Source: an uncultured Acidobacteriota bacterium (GTDB lineage: Bacteria > Acidobacteriota > Thermoanaerobaculia > Multivoradales > UBA5704). From it: a DNA stretch of 64,000 nucleotides. Below are positions 37,701 to 41,105 of the stretch, one piece after another (position 1 is the stretch's first letter; every line of letters starts with the position of its first letter). The notes beneath the pieces are model-generated. The model ran no database searches. It was given only the letters and a program-made list of their open reading frames with translations, and had not been told where the DNA came from. Where the stretch lies: positions 5,376,001 through 5,440,000 of the forward strand of contig CAVYRF010000002.1 of assembly GCA_963770895.1 (NCBI GenBank), written 5' to 3'. The position numbers and the translations under genes are program-made.

Positions 37701-39295
37701 GCTACCTGGCGCGCCCGGACCTCACCGCTGCCCGCTTCGTGCCGAGCCCCTACGCCACCAGCCCCGGCAGCCGTCTGTACCGCACCGGCGACCTGGGGCG
37801 CATGCGCGCCGACGGCGTGATCGAGTTCCTGGGCCGCGCCGACAGCCAGGTCAAGCTGCGCGGCTTCCGCATCGAGCTGGGCGAGATCGAGGCGGCGCTG
37901 CTCGACCACCCCGGCGTCGTGCAGGCCGCCGTGGTGCTGCGCGACGATCTTCCCGGCGGTCCGCGCCTGGTGGCGTACACCGTCGCGGGTCCCCTTGCCG
38001 CCGTGCCGCCGGGCGGCGATGCCGATCTCGCCGCCCACCTGCGCCGCCGCCTTCCCGAGCCGATGGTGCCGGCGGCGTTCGTGGCGCTGCCCGCCCTGCC
38101 GCTGACGGCGAGCGGCAAGCTGGACCGCCGCCGGCTGCCGCGGCCGTCGGCGCCGGCGTCCCCCGCCGGCAGCCGGCCGCCGCGCGATCACGTCGAGCTG
38201 CGGCTGGCAGGGATCTGGAGCGACCTGCTGGGGGCCGGCCCGGTCGGTCCGGCGGACAGCTTCTTTGCCCTGGGCGGCCACTCCCTGCTGGCGGTCCGGC
38301 TGATGAACCGCATCGCCGCCGCGTTCGGCCAGCGGCTGCCGGTCGCCGCGCTGTTCGCCAGCCCGACGCTGGAAGCGCTGGCCGCGCGCCTGCGCCAGGG
38401 TGCCGCGCCGGAGCGCCGTGAAGCGCTGGTGCAGCTGCGCGGTGGTGGCGGGGACGGCAGTGCCGGCGCCGGCGTGCCGCTCTTCCTCGTCCACCCGGTG
38501 GGCGGCAACGTCCTGTGCTATTGGCCGCTGGCGCAGGCCCTCGATGCCGCGACGCCGGTCTACGGCCTGCAGCTGCCCGACCCGCCGGATCTGCCGGCGA
38601 CTGAGGCCGGCGCGAACGGCGCTGCCGCCGCACCGCCGGTCACCATCGAAGCGCTGGCGGCGCACTACGTCGCCGCCCTGTCCGCCGTCCAGCCGCGCGG
38701 CCCGTACCGCCTGGCCGGCTGGTCGCTGGGCGGCGTCATCGCCTTCGAGATGGCGCGCCAGCTGGAGCGCGCCGGCCGTCCGGTCGCCCAGCTCGCCCTG
38801 GTCGACAGCTACGCGCCGGCGGCGGAGCCCGCCCTGGCCGGCCCGCCCGGCCCCGCCGACCTGGTGCGCCTGTTCGCCGCCGATCTGTGCGGCCTGCTGG
38901 GGCTGCCCGCCGTGGCGCCGGCGCTCGCGCTGCCCGCCGACGAAGCCGGCGCCCTGGGCGCCTTGGACGAGTTTGGCCGCGCCCAGGGGATCCTGCCAGC
39001 CGACCTGGACCGCGCCTCGATCGCACAGCTGTTTGCGCTGTTCAAGACCGGCACCGCCGCCCTGGCCGCCTACCGCCCGGCCCCCTTCGGCGGCCCGGTC
39101 GTGCTGTTCACCGCCGACGCCGAAGACACCGGCGCCGCCAAGGCCGATCCGGCCCGCGGCTGGCGTGGCCTGACCCCCGGCGGCCTGTGTCTGCGCCTGC
39201 TCCCCGGCGATCACTACAGCCTGCTGCGGCACCCCGCCGTCGCCACGCTCGCGGCGGCTTTGAGCGCCGCCGCGAGCCGGGCGGATGGTCAGTGA
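13799..39295 (+). CDS. NRPS-A, 7 modules plus TE: C(DCL)-half C-A-T-[C-A-T]x6-TE. By-eye specificity: aliphatic, Thr, unknown, Leu, Ser, Pro-like, Gln-like
   Basis: AGGAGG before ATG 13799. Seven YTSGSTG.PKG A domains, seven GGHS T domains, HHxxxD C domains and a TE with GWSLGG...GDHY. Codes read against GrsA numbering: DAWFLGGVIK, DFWNIGMVHK, DAWFHAHVCK, DAWFLGHVVK, DVWHMSLVDK, DAHITTHVVK, DAWQCGFIDK. Confidence 0.95.
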   Translation: MLETAVELIYELSPMQQGMLFHSVYAPGSGDYVVQLSLRLAGRLDIGAFVRSWQRVADRHGILRTGFHWEDLERPVQVVYREVDLEVRRESWRDLAAPAQQERLARYLEADRERGFDVAEPPLVRLALFELDHGVYQFVWSLHHLLTDGWSQGLLLRELFACYAAFAAGREPALGRAPSYRDYIAWLQRQDLGAAEAFWRRALAGFSAPTPIAARARTAPAAADRRSTERHTRLLDAATSAQLRDAARGRRLTLNTVVQGAWALLLARAAASRDVVFGVTVAGRPEDLPGAQAIVGPFINTLPARFRIAPGVALGDWLATVQQEQLALRSFEHSPLYQVQAWSELPAGAPLFDHIVAFENYPLDEALAGVLSDLAISAVSTHEQTNYPMALVVAPGDSLSLAILCDGARFSGATAARWLDDLGSLLGTLATAPEVWAEDVAHVVGPQSSALAGQAAFTVPAAAADALHALAARSGATLFSLLLAALAALLARYAGCDQVPIDARFAHRDPDGTADRGGGALVLRDDPAGGLTFAELIVRAQQLLRAAQPHHDVCQATAGADLAPLATVRGAVVPPLVQVLLTLRGIAPIADVAMPAAAGAQLAVTLAETAAGMAGSVQHGGDLFDRAWTGRLAGQLQALLTALPGVADRPLWALPVLPQAERWQLVAEWNDTRSNYSLAPPLVHQRVVSQAARAPHAVAVTGGGHSLTYGELVARADRLAARLQSLGIGPELRVAVCAGRSPARVVGLLAVLQAAGVYVPLDPAHPPERLAFLIQDAGAQVVLVEERHRARLPAPAVATLYLDDAAAVVATAGPAVGDGRRRITGSASSGGDAGVGLDHLAYVIYTSGSTGQPKGIEVPHRGFLNLVEWHLERYAVTAQDRSTLQASPAFDAAVWELWPYLAVGASVHIPPDEETRLSAPALRRWWARERISVVFLVTPLAERVVEDEAAAVRRQEPPLPGPRVLLTGGDRLRRRPAAGSTLRLVNGYGPSEYSVITSLGDVAPEDAAAAAEPGGQRLPAIGRPVPNTEVYIVDRLGELAPVAVPGELCIAGAGLARGYVGRPEMTAERFVPHPWSAQPGARMYRTGDLARRLPDGELEFAGRLDHQVKLRGFRIELGEIEAVLRNLPRLAEAVVLLREDGGGEARLAAYVTAAPGQPAPDVAELRAHLARSLPDYMVPAGFLVVEALPLTATGKLDRRTLAATAPPPRWGVEAAAPDAAGAALSPVAEIVCGIFAEVLKREHVAPADGFFDLGGHSLLALQVVSRVRQSLGVELPLASLFELGTAAAVAGEVELLRRAEDGAGAATEAPPIVPVPRGAELPLSFAQQRLWFLDQMAPGGAAYNVPVAMQLLGDLAPDRLARSFAAVVARHEVLRTTFAARGGEPVQVVAAAACPRLPVVDLAALPPPARQAEADRLAAAEGRRPFDLERGPLLRLALLRRAPQDHLLLLTLHHIAADGWSVAILVRELVALYGGLSRPAAPAEPAAQLTPDPAPVLPPLPIQYADFAVWQRRWLSGEVLAGQLAWWRARLAGAPRLLALPVDRPYPATPSHRGGVVPVALPAGVAGDVGALVRRQGATLFMTLLAAFGALLSRLTDQQDLLIGAPVANRNRRETEDLVGFFVNTLVLRLDGSGEPTFEELLARVRHEALGAFSHQDLPFERLVEELAVERDLRIAPLVQATFSLQNLPAARFDLPGLRVQRLPPPGGGAKFDLQLTLVETAAGLAGALDFSADLFDAATARRLAGQFGTLLAAAAAAPATALGDLPLLSAAERWQLTGEWNDARPVTAPASTVHELFAAQAAAAPDAVAVVIDDACLSYGALAAAARRLAGALIAAGVRAEERVGLYAERSPHTIAAMLGILAAGAAYLPIDPAYPDERLRHMLDDGGVRVALASGQALAERLSAIAAPAAAAGALPAPAVRWIDLDAAAYPGARPGAGGDARTGVAVAPEQLAYVIYTSGSTGRPKGVCVTHANVVRLLRTAAHHFDFGPQDTWTLFHSPGFDFSVWEIWGALAHGGRLVVVPYWVSRQPDATRALLVRQGVTVLNQTPSAFGALIEADAEAGGGDGGGGGVGGDGGGGGVGDGLVLRWVIFGGEALDLRRLAPWWERHGDRRPRLVNMYGITETTVHVTFRAVAADDGPGTGSAPANIAPGAASPLGVALPDLTLYLLDRELQPVPLGVAGEICVGGDGLARGYLGRPDLTARRFVPDPFGRQPGARLYRSGDLGRHRPYGEVEYRGRVDHQVKLRGFRIELGEIETVLAAHPQVAAAAVVLREKADGERQLVAYLTAPAGQPAADLTDLRAHLAQRLPDHMVPAAYVTLAALPLTTGGKVDRRALAPEASLAGSGGQSPPATLATAARLATAGRPAAAKALVEIVAGILAAVLKRERVAPHDSFFDLGGHSLLAVQVVSRLRQTLGVELPLPSLFALRTAAALAGEVERLRQRGGDAPPILPVPRRGPLPLSFAQQRLWFLDQLAPGTATYNIPAAVRLAGQLSVGGLAHAFAALVARHEVLRTTIVAAGGEPVQVVESAARTGLPLLDLTALPAAAAQREAARLAVAAARRPFDLAAGPVLRLALLRLAPREHLLLLTIHHVAADGWSVGVLVRELAALYAGAPLPALAIQYGDFAVWQRTWLAGTVLAAQLDWWRGRLAGAPRLLEVPADRPRPALPSHRGGVVPLALPAELGPELAALARRQGMTLFMVLLAAYGALLGRLANQEDLLVGTPVANRNRRETEDLIGFFVNTLVLRVDGRGEPTFQQLLERVRQEALGAFSHQDLPFERLVEELGVDRDLRASPLFQVAFVLQNVPAAAIDLPGLRVEPQRSPEGGAKFDLSLTMEETAAGLVGAIEYSADLFDRVTVRRLAGHFGALLAGAAAAPRTPLQELPLLLPSERWQLLGEWNDTRDLAGGGGEAAPLLVHQLVALHAARAPLAPAVGGGGEPDLTYGELDARANRLAARLQALGVGPEVRVAVCAGRTPAGVTGLLAVLKAGGGYVPLDPASPEERLAFQLADAAAPVVLVEERFRDRLPPCGAAIVGLDAAAGAGADCAAPQAGVGLDNLAYVIYTSGSTGRPKGVEIPHRGLLNLVRWHQRRHEVGAADRATYTSSPAFDASVWELWPFLAAGASVHIPDDETRLSAPGLLAWWAAQRISLAFLVTPIAEAVLEEAARAEPPLTALRAVHVAGDRLRRRPAAGSRLRLVNHYGPSEYSVCSTAGLVAPAAVAAAVPAATPVAAAERLPAIGRPIANTAVYVLDRWGEPVPVGAYGELCVAGAGLARGYLGRAALTGERFVPDPWSGAFGARMYRTGDLVRRLADGDIDFAGRIDHQVKIRGYRIELGEIEAVLAALPGVAAAAAAVRGAGGGAGQAAAAGGDEDLRLVAWVVPAVRTAAAAADGAGDAAGGRQDADAGGATGVSDAAGLARAAAPTAEALRRGLAERLPAYMVPGDVVFLDRLPLNSSGKVDRQALPAPAAWAANAANAAHIAGLAEASGFVAADFVEEQLAACWSEVLGAPPAGHDESFFAAGGHSLLATRLVSRLRQRLSVELSVQAVFEAPSPRALAARLRQLRGAADPLAPLPALPLLAAGEAPPILPAPRQGSSLPLSFAQLRLWFFDQLVPGSGIYNVPAAVRLSGALSVARLARGFAAVVRRHEVLRTTIATAGGEPVQIVAGVASGAAAPLPVFDLTALPPAVRQAEVLRLTASEARRPFDLAVGPVSRQVLLRLAPEEHLLLLILHHIAADAWSVGLLVKELVAHYRGGAAADVAAADAGVADTALPPLPIQYADFAVWQRRWLQGAVLAEQLAWWRGRLEGAPRLLALPTDRPRPALPSHRGAVVLMAVPQALARDLEALGRRQGVTLFMTLLAAFGAVVGRLANQQDLLVGTPVANRNRVETEELIGCFVNTLVLRLDGRGNPTFQRLLDRVRDEALGAFGHQDLPFERLVEDLEGERDLRVTPLFQVVFSLQNTPMSRVELPGLRVEPRPLPEGQSKFDLTLTMEETVAGLVGSLEYSTDLFDRATVRRLVGHFGTLLAAAAAAPGTALDLLPLLSARERWQVLGEWNDTRQEPPADGAAAALLVHERVALQAARAPWALAVGGGEGGGGGDLTYGELDARAGRLAARLRALGVGPEVRVAVCAGRTPARVAGLLAVLKAGGAYVPLDPAYPAERLAFQLADAAAPVVLVEERFRDRLPPAGAVVVGLESALDDAAVGEADPHYAGGPAPVGLDNLAYVIYTSGSTGQPKGIEIPHRGLLNLVLWHQRRYAVGAADRATQLASPAFDASVWELWPYLAAGASVHIPDEETRLSARALPGWWAAQRITLSFLVTPLAEAVLEEAMAAAAGAAAPGVAAAPVAPAGNPRALLTGGDRLRWRPAAGAGLRLVNHYGPSEYSVVASAGEVAPADADAAGRLPAIGRPVANTAIYILDPGGAPAPAGVYGELCVAGAGLARGYLGRPAMTAERFVPDPWSGAPGARLYRTGDLARRLADGELEFAGRIDHQVKIRGFRIELGEIEAVLAGLPGVAAAAVVVVGGGGSGQQAPPDGGADRRLVAYVVPAATTAAPAAEAVRLGLAARLPEHMVPAEFVFLDQLPRSPSGKVDRRALPVPPAWDAAPAAAGGFTAEDAVEELLAACWRELLGRPPGGRDESFFAAGGHSLLATRLVSRLRQRLGIEVPLQAVFEAPSPGALAARVRQLQAAAGVAVGDVGSLAAGEPAGGAADRLPPLVRQPDGDGAELPLSYSQQRLWFLDQLAPGSTAYNMCGALRLRGTLGAAERHTLRRALAAIVDRHQVLRTVYPVIAGKPSQVVRRDFVLDLPLLDLAALGDGALHEGRRVGAAIFERPFDLAAGPLLRAALVVVGPADHLLTVTMHHIVADGWSIDILVRELAIHYAAFAAGRAAPLPPLPLQYSDYARWQHGEQVGRLLAAQLAYWRQALAGAPAQLALPADRARPAVQSSRGGSVGLALPAGVAAGLHRLGQLQGATLFMTLLASFDLLLYRASGQDDVVVGTPIANRERIEIEGLIGCFVNTLALRGDLAGRPSFATLLGRVRQTSLAAYAHQDLPFEQLVEALAPQRDLGSTPLFQVMLVLQNFAGGLAGAAGGRLGSPDVGLSLEPFAVAQSAAKFDLTLGVADLPQGMVAELIFNRDLFEPATAARLMGQWRTLLEAIAALAAGVGDAPGAAAIEDLPWFGAAERQQLLEWNDTAAAYPQGQCLHELIEEQARRTPDAPAVAADGGDSLSYGALDARAGQLAWTLRGLGVGPETVVAIAVERSTAMMVGLLAILKAGGAYLPLDPDYPADRLRFMLDDARAPVLLTQRHLAARLGEPAAAVLYLDDPQAPWLRATRATMAAAAAGGDTAAGGCGVTADNLAYVIYTSGSTGRPKGTMNSHRGIVNRLLWMQQRYGLVAADRVLQKTPASFDVSVWELFWPLVTGACVVMARPGGHRDSDYLLQAVADERITTLHFVPSMLRAFLDYAQTSPGSAASLRSLRQVMASGEALPYDLQQRYASVVAAPLHNLYGPTEAAVDVTHWTTDPGGSRRLVPIGRPVGNTQIHLLDRQGDAVPMGVAGELYIGGVQVGRGYLGRPELTAERFVPDGFARGAGEAGGRLYRTGDVARYLADGAIDYLGRADFQVKIRGFRIELGEIEAALAALPGVQAAAVVVRKVALGSVPPPAAPGAANAATAAAVPATASVAISAATASGAAAAGGGSDPRLVACVVPRQGASLAAAGLRQGLGERLPEHMVPGEVVLLDSLPLTPSGKLDRQALAAVSGLAGGAAPGSGGDGGAQDAAAAAGFAAGDAVEEMLAACWAELLGRPPARRDQSFFDAGGHSLLATQLVAHLRQSLGVELTLRMMFEAPAFAALAARLRALLREGSAASLPPLARVAGRGGDLPLSFAQQRLWFLDQLEPGSPLYSMPFALVLEGDLAPAVLGRSLGEIVQRHETLRTVFRAGALAPRQVILPAAGGFSVPLVDLAGLPEAARERLTAQLVAAEAARPFDLARGPVLRATLLRLAPARHVALMNMHHIVSDGWSMGVLVSDLGATYRAFAAGQPSPLPELPVQYGDFTLWQRGWLDGQVVERELGFWREQLRGVPPLLALPLDRPRPAAATTRGAIRGMALPAGWGDTLARLSRAQGATRFMGLLAGLAGLLCRYSGQDRLAVGSPIAGRHHVELEPLIGFFANTLVLAADLRGGPSLGELLRRLRETCIEAYAHQDLPFEKLVEELAPERSLAHSPLFQVLLVVQNAPARAIELPGLRLRPLPPQVTTAKFDLTLTFEESTGELTGSLQYNTDLFDGATMDRLSAHLTALLAAGAADPERRLAELPLLSAAERHQVEEWNDTAAPIGFAALHQLFEAQAARTPGAVAVELGDRQLTYGELDRRADALAAVLVGRGVGPDVPVAICLAPSFAMVVAVLAVLKAGGAYLPLDPSYPRERLRAMLEDGRPPVLLSERDLLDRLPAEATPASVLCLAEMPELADLAGGMEAGAPVARVSGGATLATADNLGYVIYTSGSTGRPKGIGLPHGALVNLIVWHLETLLCGVRTLQFASLSFDASCHEMFACWASGGTLVLIPESLRRDARALARFFVTARIDKAILPVLMLQQLAEIYAEPGASLPVWREMTTTGEQMQISPAVIDLFERLPGCRLHNHYGPSESHVVTAYSLGSEPRGWVSHPPVGKPLPNCRLELLGPGLERVPQGVPGELYIGGVCLARGYLGRPELTAERFVPDGWSRVPGERLYRTGDLSRYRAGGDVEYLGRLDHQVKVRGFRVEPAEVEAALGAHPALVETVVVALDAPEGGKRLVAYMVGQPGGGDRPGAGELRAWLGERLPHYMVPAAFVWLEQLPLSPNGKVDRKALPQPEASRSVAGAAYRAPESPAEQLVASYYAELLGVDRVGLDDDFFTLGGHSLLATRLVSRLRQGFALELPLRQVFEKPAVGALAAEIERQLRSGAAAAAPAIRPAPRDRPLPLSFAQQRLWFLDQLAPGSPLYNLPLALQLDGPLVPGALAAALTAVAGRHEVLRTVFAQAAGEDGDPVQVVRPAGQWPLPVVDLVALPAASREQEARALAAAEALRPFDLAAGLVRAVLLGLGRVAAGGAGQNGGCSVPRDDTRSGGSGAGAARPSVASSAAMATGLVAGVGVQEVRDDDAVRDAGAAKALATHATAAGSMDGGGVEQSIDGKAVRDCGAPRHVLLLTLHHTVADGWSHGVLVRDLVAFYDSFTSGGAAAAGLPALPIQYADFAVWQRQWMQGEVLAAQLDYWRRQLEDAPPQLALPTDRPRPALRNNASAVRRAALPADALRQVLQLGRSGGGTLFMTVLAAYQAVLARYAAQDDVVVGTPIAGRTRGETEDLVGLFVNTLALRTRIAPRASFHQLLARVRETTLGAYAHQDLPFERLVEELQPERDLGHAPLFQVTLILQNTPPPPRPPAGLALAALPETATGAKFDLTLALREGAVGELSCLLQYNRDLLDAATGERLLGAFTRLLLAAAAAPERPVWDLDMMDAAQQHQVLREWGRGAVGEIGAVGELAALGATDAMGAQPAMGPLAADGAGAAAAGASPQICLHQLFAAHARRSPDAVAVILDDRHLTYGALDRLSDQLARRLRDLGVRTDTTVGLCAERSPELIAGMLAILKAGGAWLPLDPEYPVERLQFMAADARLRVLLVDGRGAAQGDLAPAAIRVPLHLDGCAGVVRAPAGGRGADLAAPDADRRDRPAQPGGGAAAGLAPGDGEDRTAGLPDSAAYVIYTSGSTGRPKGVVVSHRAIHNHMAWVGRALAWRAGDRMLQRTSPSFDASVWEMWMPLLSGTQLVLLPPGGHGDPAQLLHAVARHRVTVLQMVPSLLAALVEEPAVAGSGDALRCLCCGAEALPADLVRRFRHSLGDPHGVELYNFYGPTEAAIDITSWHCARERDQEGTRALPLGRPIDNAEVVVLDAAGRVVPPGVAGELHLGGASLARGYLARPDLTAARFVPSPYATSPGSRLYRTGDLGRMRADGVIEFLGRADSQVKLRGFRIELGEIEAALLDHPGVVQAAVVLRDDLPGGPRLVAYTVAGPLAAVPPGGDADLAAHLRRRLPEPMVPAAFVALPALPLTASGKLDRRRLPRPSAPASPAGSRPPRDHVELRLAGIWSDLLGAGPVGPADSFFALGGHSLLAVRLMNRIAAAFGQRLPVAALFASPTLEALAARLRQGAAPERREALVQLRGGGGDGSAGAGVPLFLVHPVGGNVLCYWPLAQALDAATPVYGLQLPDPPDLPATEAGANGAAAAPPVTIEALAAHYVAALSAVQPRGPYRLAGWSLGGVIAFEMARQLERAGRPVAQLALVDSYAPAAEPALAGPPGPADLVRLFAADLCGLLGLPAVAPALALPADEAGALGALDEFGRAQGILPADLDRASIAQLFALFKTGTAALAAYRPAPFGGPVVLFTADAEDTGAAKADPARGWRGLTPGGLCLRLLPGDHYSLLRHPAVATLAAALSAAASRADGQ

Positions 39296-40962
39296 CGTTC
39301 GGCGGCGGCGGGAGCGCCTGGGGTGGTGGCGGGAAGCGCCGCGAAGTAGGCGTCGGGGACGCCGCCGCGGCCGTCGGTCCACACCGTGAAGGTGCGGTTG
39401 GCGGCGGTGGCGATGCCCAGGAAGTCGCCGAAGTTGCCGAACTGGGTGCCCTCCTTGTCGAAGGCGGCCTTGCACCAGTTGCTGGTCTGGGAGGTGACGC
39501 GGACGGGGGCGCTGAAGGTGGCGCCGCCGTCTTTGGACTGCACCCAATACAGGTCGACGAGCGAGCTCACCTTGCCTTTGCGCGGGCCGCCGGCGGTCAG
39601 CGGCTGGGTGCATTCGACGTCGTCGGGATTGGCGGCGGAGACGTGCTTTTCCTGGCTTTCGAAGAACACCACGTCCAGGGAGCCGTCGTCCCTGACGGTG
39701 AGCGACGGCCAGAAGCGCTTGACGCCGGTGGGGTCGGTCGCCGGCGCCAGCGGCCGCGGCGGGCTCCAGGTGGCGCCTTGATCGTCCGAAGCGATCACAT
39801 AAACCTGCGTCGAAACGACGCTCTGCTCGGAGTAGGGCGAGGCGGCCTCGCGGGCGGCGTTGGCATAGGTGACGTAAATGCGGCCGTCGCGGCCGACGGC
39901 CATGCGCGGTCCGTCATTGATCACAAATTTGCTGTAGCCGACCGGCGGGTCTTCGCGCATCGAATTGATCGTCACCAGGTCCTGCGGCTTGCTGAAGGTC
40001 TTGCCGCCGTCGAGCGAGCGGGCGAAGCGGACGCTGGCGGTGCGCGTGCTCTTGACCGGAAAGTAGGGATTGATCACCCGCGGACCGAATTGCCAGGTTA
40101 CGTACAGCTCGCCTTTGGGACCCAGCCCGCTGGTCGATTGCACCTGGTAGGTGCCGTCGCCGCCGCAGCGCGGGTCTTTGGGGTCCACGGTGTCCAGGGT
40201 GTCGTCGGGACCGATCACCACCGGGCCTTCCCAGGTCTTGCCGTCGTCGGCGCTGCGCAGGATTTCGATCTGGCCCGACGAGGAGCCGGGCCGGTTGCAG
40301 ACGCCGCGCAGGTTGCTCATCGTCAGGTACAGCTTGCCGCTGCCGTCCTTGGCTGCGAGCAGGCTGGGACTGCGCAGCAGGTCCTTGGGATTGGCGGGCG
40401 AAAAGGGGTGCTGATCGATCCAGGTGAACACGCCCTGGTGAAACCGGCCGCGATAGAGCACCAGGCCGACCTGGCCCGAGCCGCCGGGGGTGTGATCCTT
40501 GGCGGTTGCGGCCGTGGAGCGCGCCCGGCTGACCAGGAAGAACGTCTGGTTGTCGGCGCCGCCGCGGTCCAGCCAGGGATGCCCCGAGGTCATGACGTCG
40601 CCGGGCAGAAAGACCGGACCGCCGTCGGTCCAGGTGCGTCCGCCGTCGATGGAATAGCCGAACGCGGTGACGCCCGGCAGCCGCGGCGGCGTGCAGGCGG
40701 CGCCGAACGGTTTGCCGCAGGTGCCCTGCATGGTTTCCCACGCCGCCACCAGCAGCTTGCCGGTGGGGTCGGCGGCGATCGCTTCGGCCGGGCGGCCGAG
40801 CCTGCCGTCCGGCATCGCGGCCTGCGGCGCGTTCATGCGCACGTTGATCATCGTCGCGGCAGGCGCGGAAGTCCCGGCTTGCAGCACCGATATTGCCAGC
40901 AGGGCACAGGACGCCGAGCTGATGAAAACCATTTTCATTCTTGAAGACATGTCGCTAATCAT
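39289..40962 (-). CDS. Secreted BNR/Asp-box (sialidase-like beta-propeller) protein
   Basis: GAGGAG RBS before ATG 40962 and a signal peptide. Five Asp boxes: SIDGGRTW, SADDGKTW, SLDGGKTF, SDDQGATW and SKDGGATF. The stop overlaps the NRPS-A stop region. Confidence 0.85.
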   Translation of the reverse strand: MISDMSSRMKMVFISSASCALLAISVLQAGTSAPAATMINVRMNAPQAAMPDGRLGRPAEAIAADPTGKLLVAAWETMQGTCGKPFGAACTPPRLPGVTAFGYSIDGGRTWTDGGPVFLPGDVMTSGHPWLDRGGADNQTFFLVSRARSTAATAKDHTPGGSGQVGLVLYRGRFHQGVFTWIDQHPFSPANPKDLLRSPSLLAAKDGSGKLYLTMSNLRGVCNRPGSSSGQIEILRSADDGKTWEGPVVIGPDDTLDTVDPKDPRCGGDGTYQVQSTSGLGPKGELYVTWQFGPRVINPYFPVKSTRTASVRFARSLDGGKTFSKPQDLVTINSMREDPPVGYSKFVINDGPRMAVGRDGRIYVTYANAAREAASPYSEQSVVSTQVYVIASDDQGATWSPPRPLAPATDPTGVKRFWPSLTVRDDGSLDVVFFESQEKHVSAANPDDVECTQPLTAGGPRKGKVSSLVDLYWVQSKDGGATFSAPVRVTSQTSNWCKAAFDKEGTQFGNFGDFLGIATAANRTFTVWTDGRGGVPDAYFAALPATTPGAPAAAERH

Positions 40963-40989
40963 AAGCAGCTCCTCGGGGCCTGGATGCGC

Positions 40990-41017
40990 TTGCGGAAAAT
41001 TCGGTCGCGAGTATAAT
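40990..41017 (+). promoter_or_regulatory. Putative sigma70 promoter for NRPS-B
   Basis: TTGCGG, 16-bp spacer, perfect TATAAT, about 90 bp upstream of ATG 41106. Confidence 0.55.
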
Positions 41018-41105
41018 TTGATACGCTCGATTTTAGAAGAAGTGCGCGCGCACGAAGTTGCACCGGCGGCAGCTCGTCTTCTGCGACCATCCTGAGGATC
41101 AGCGA

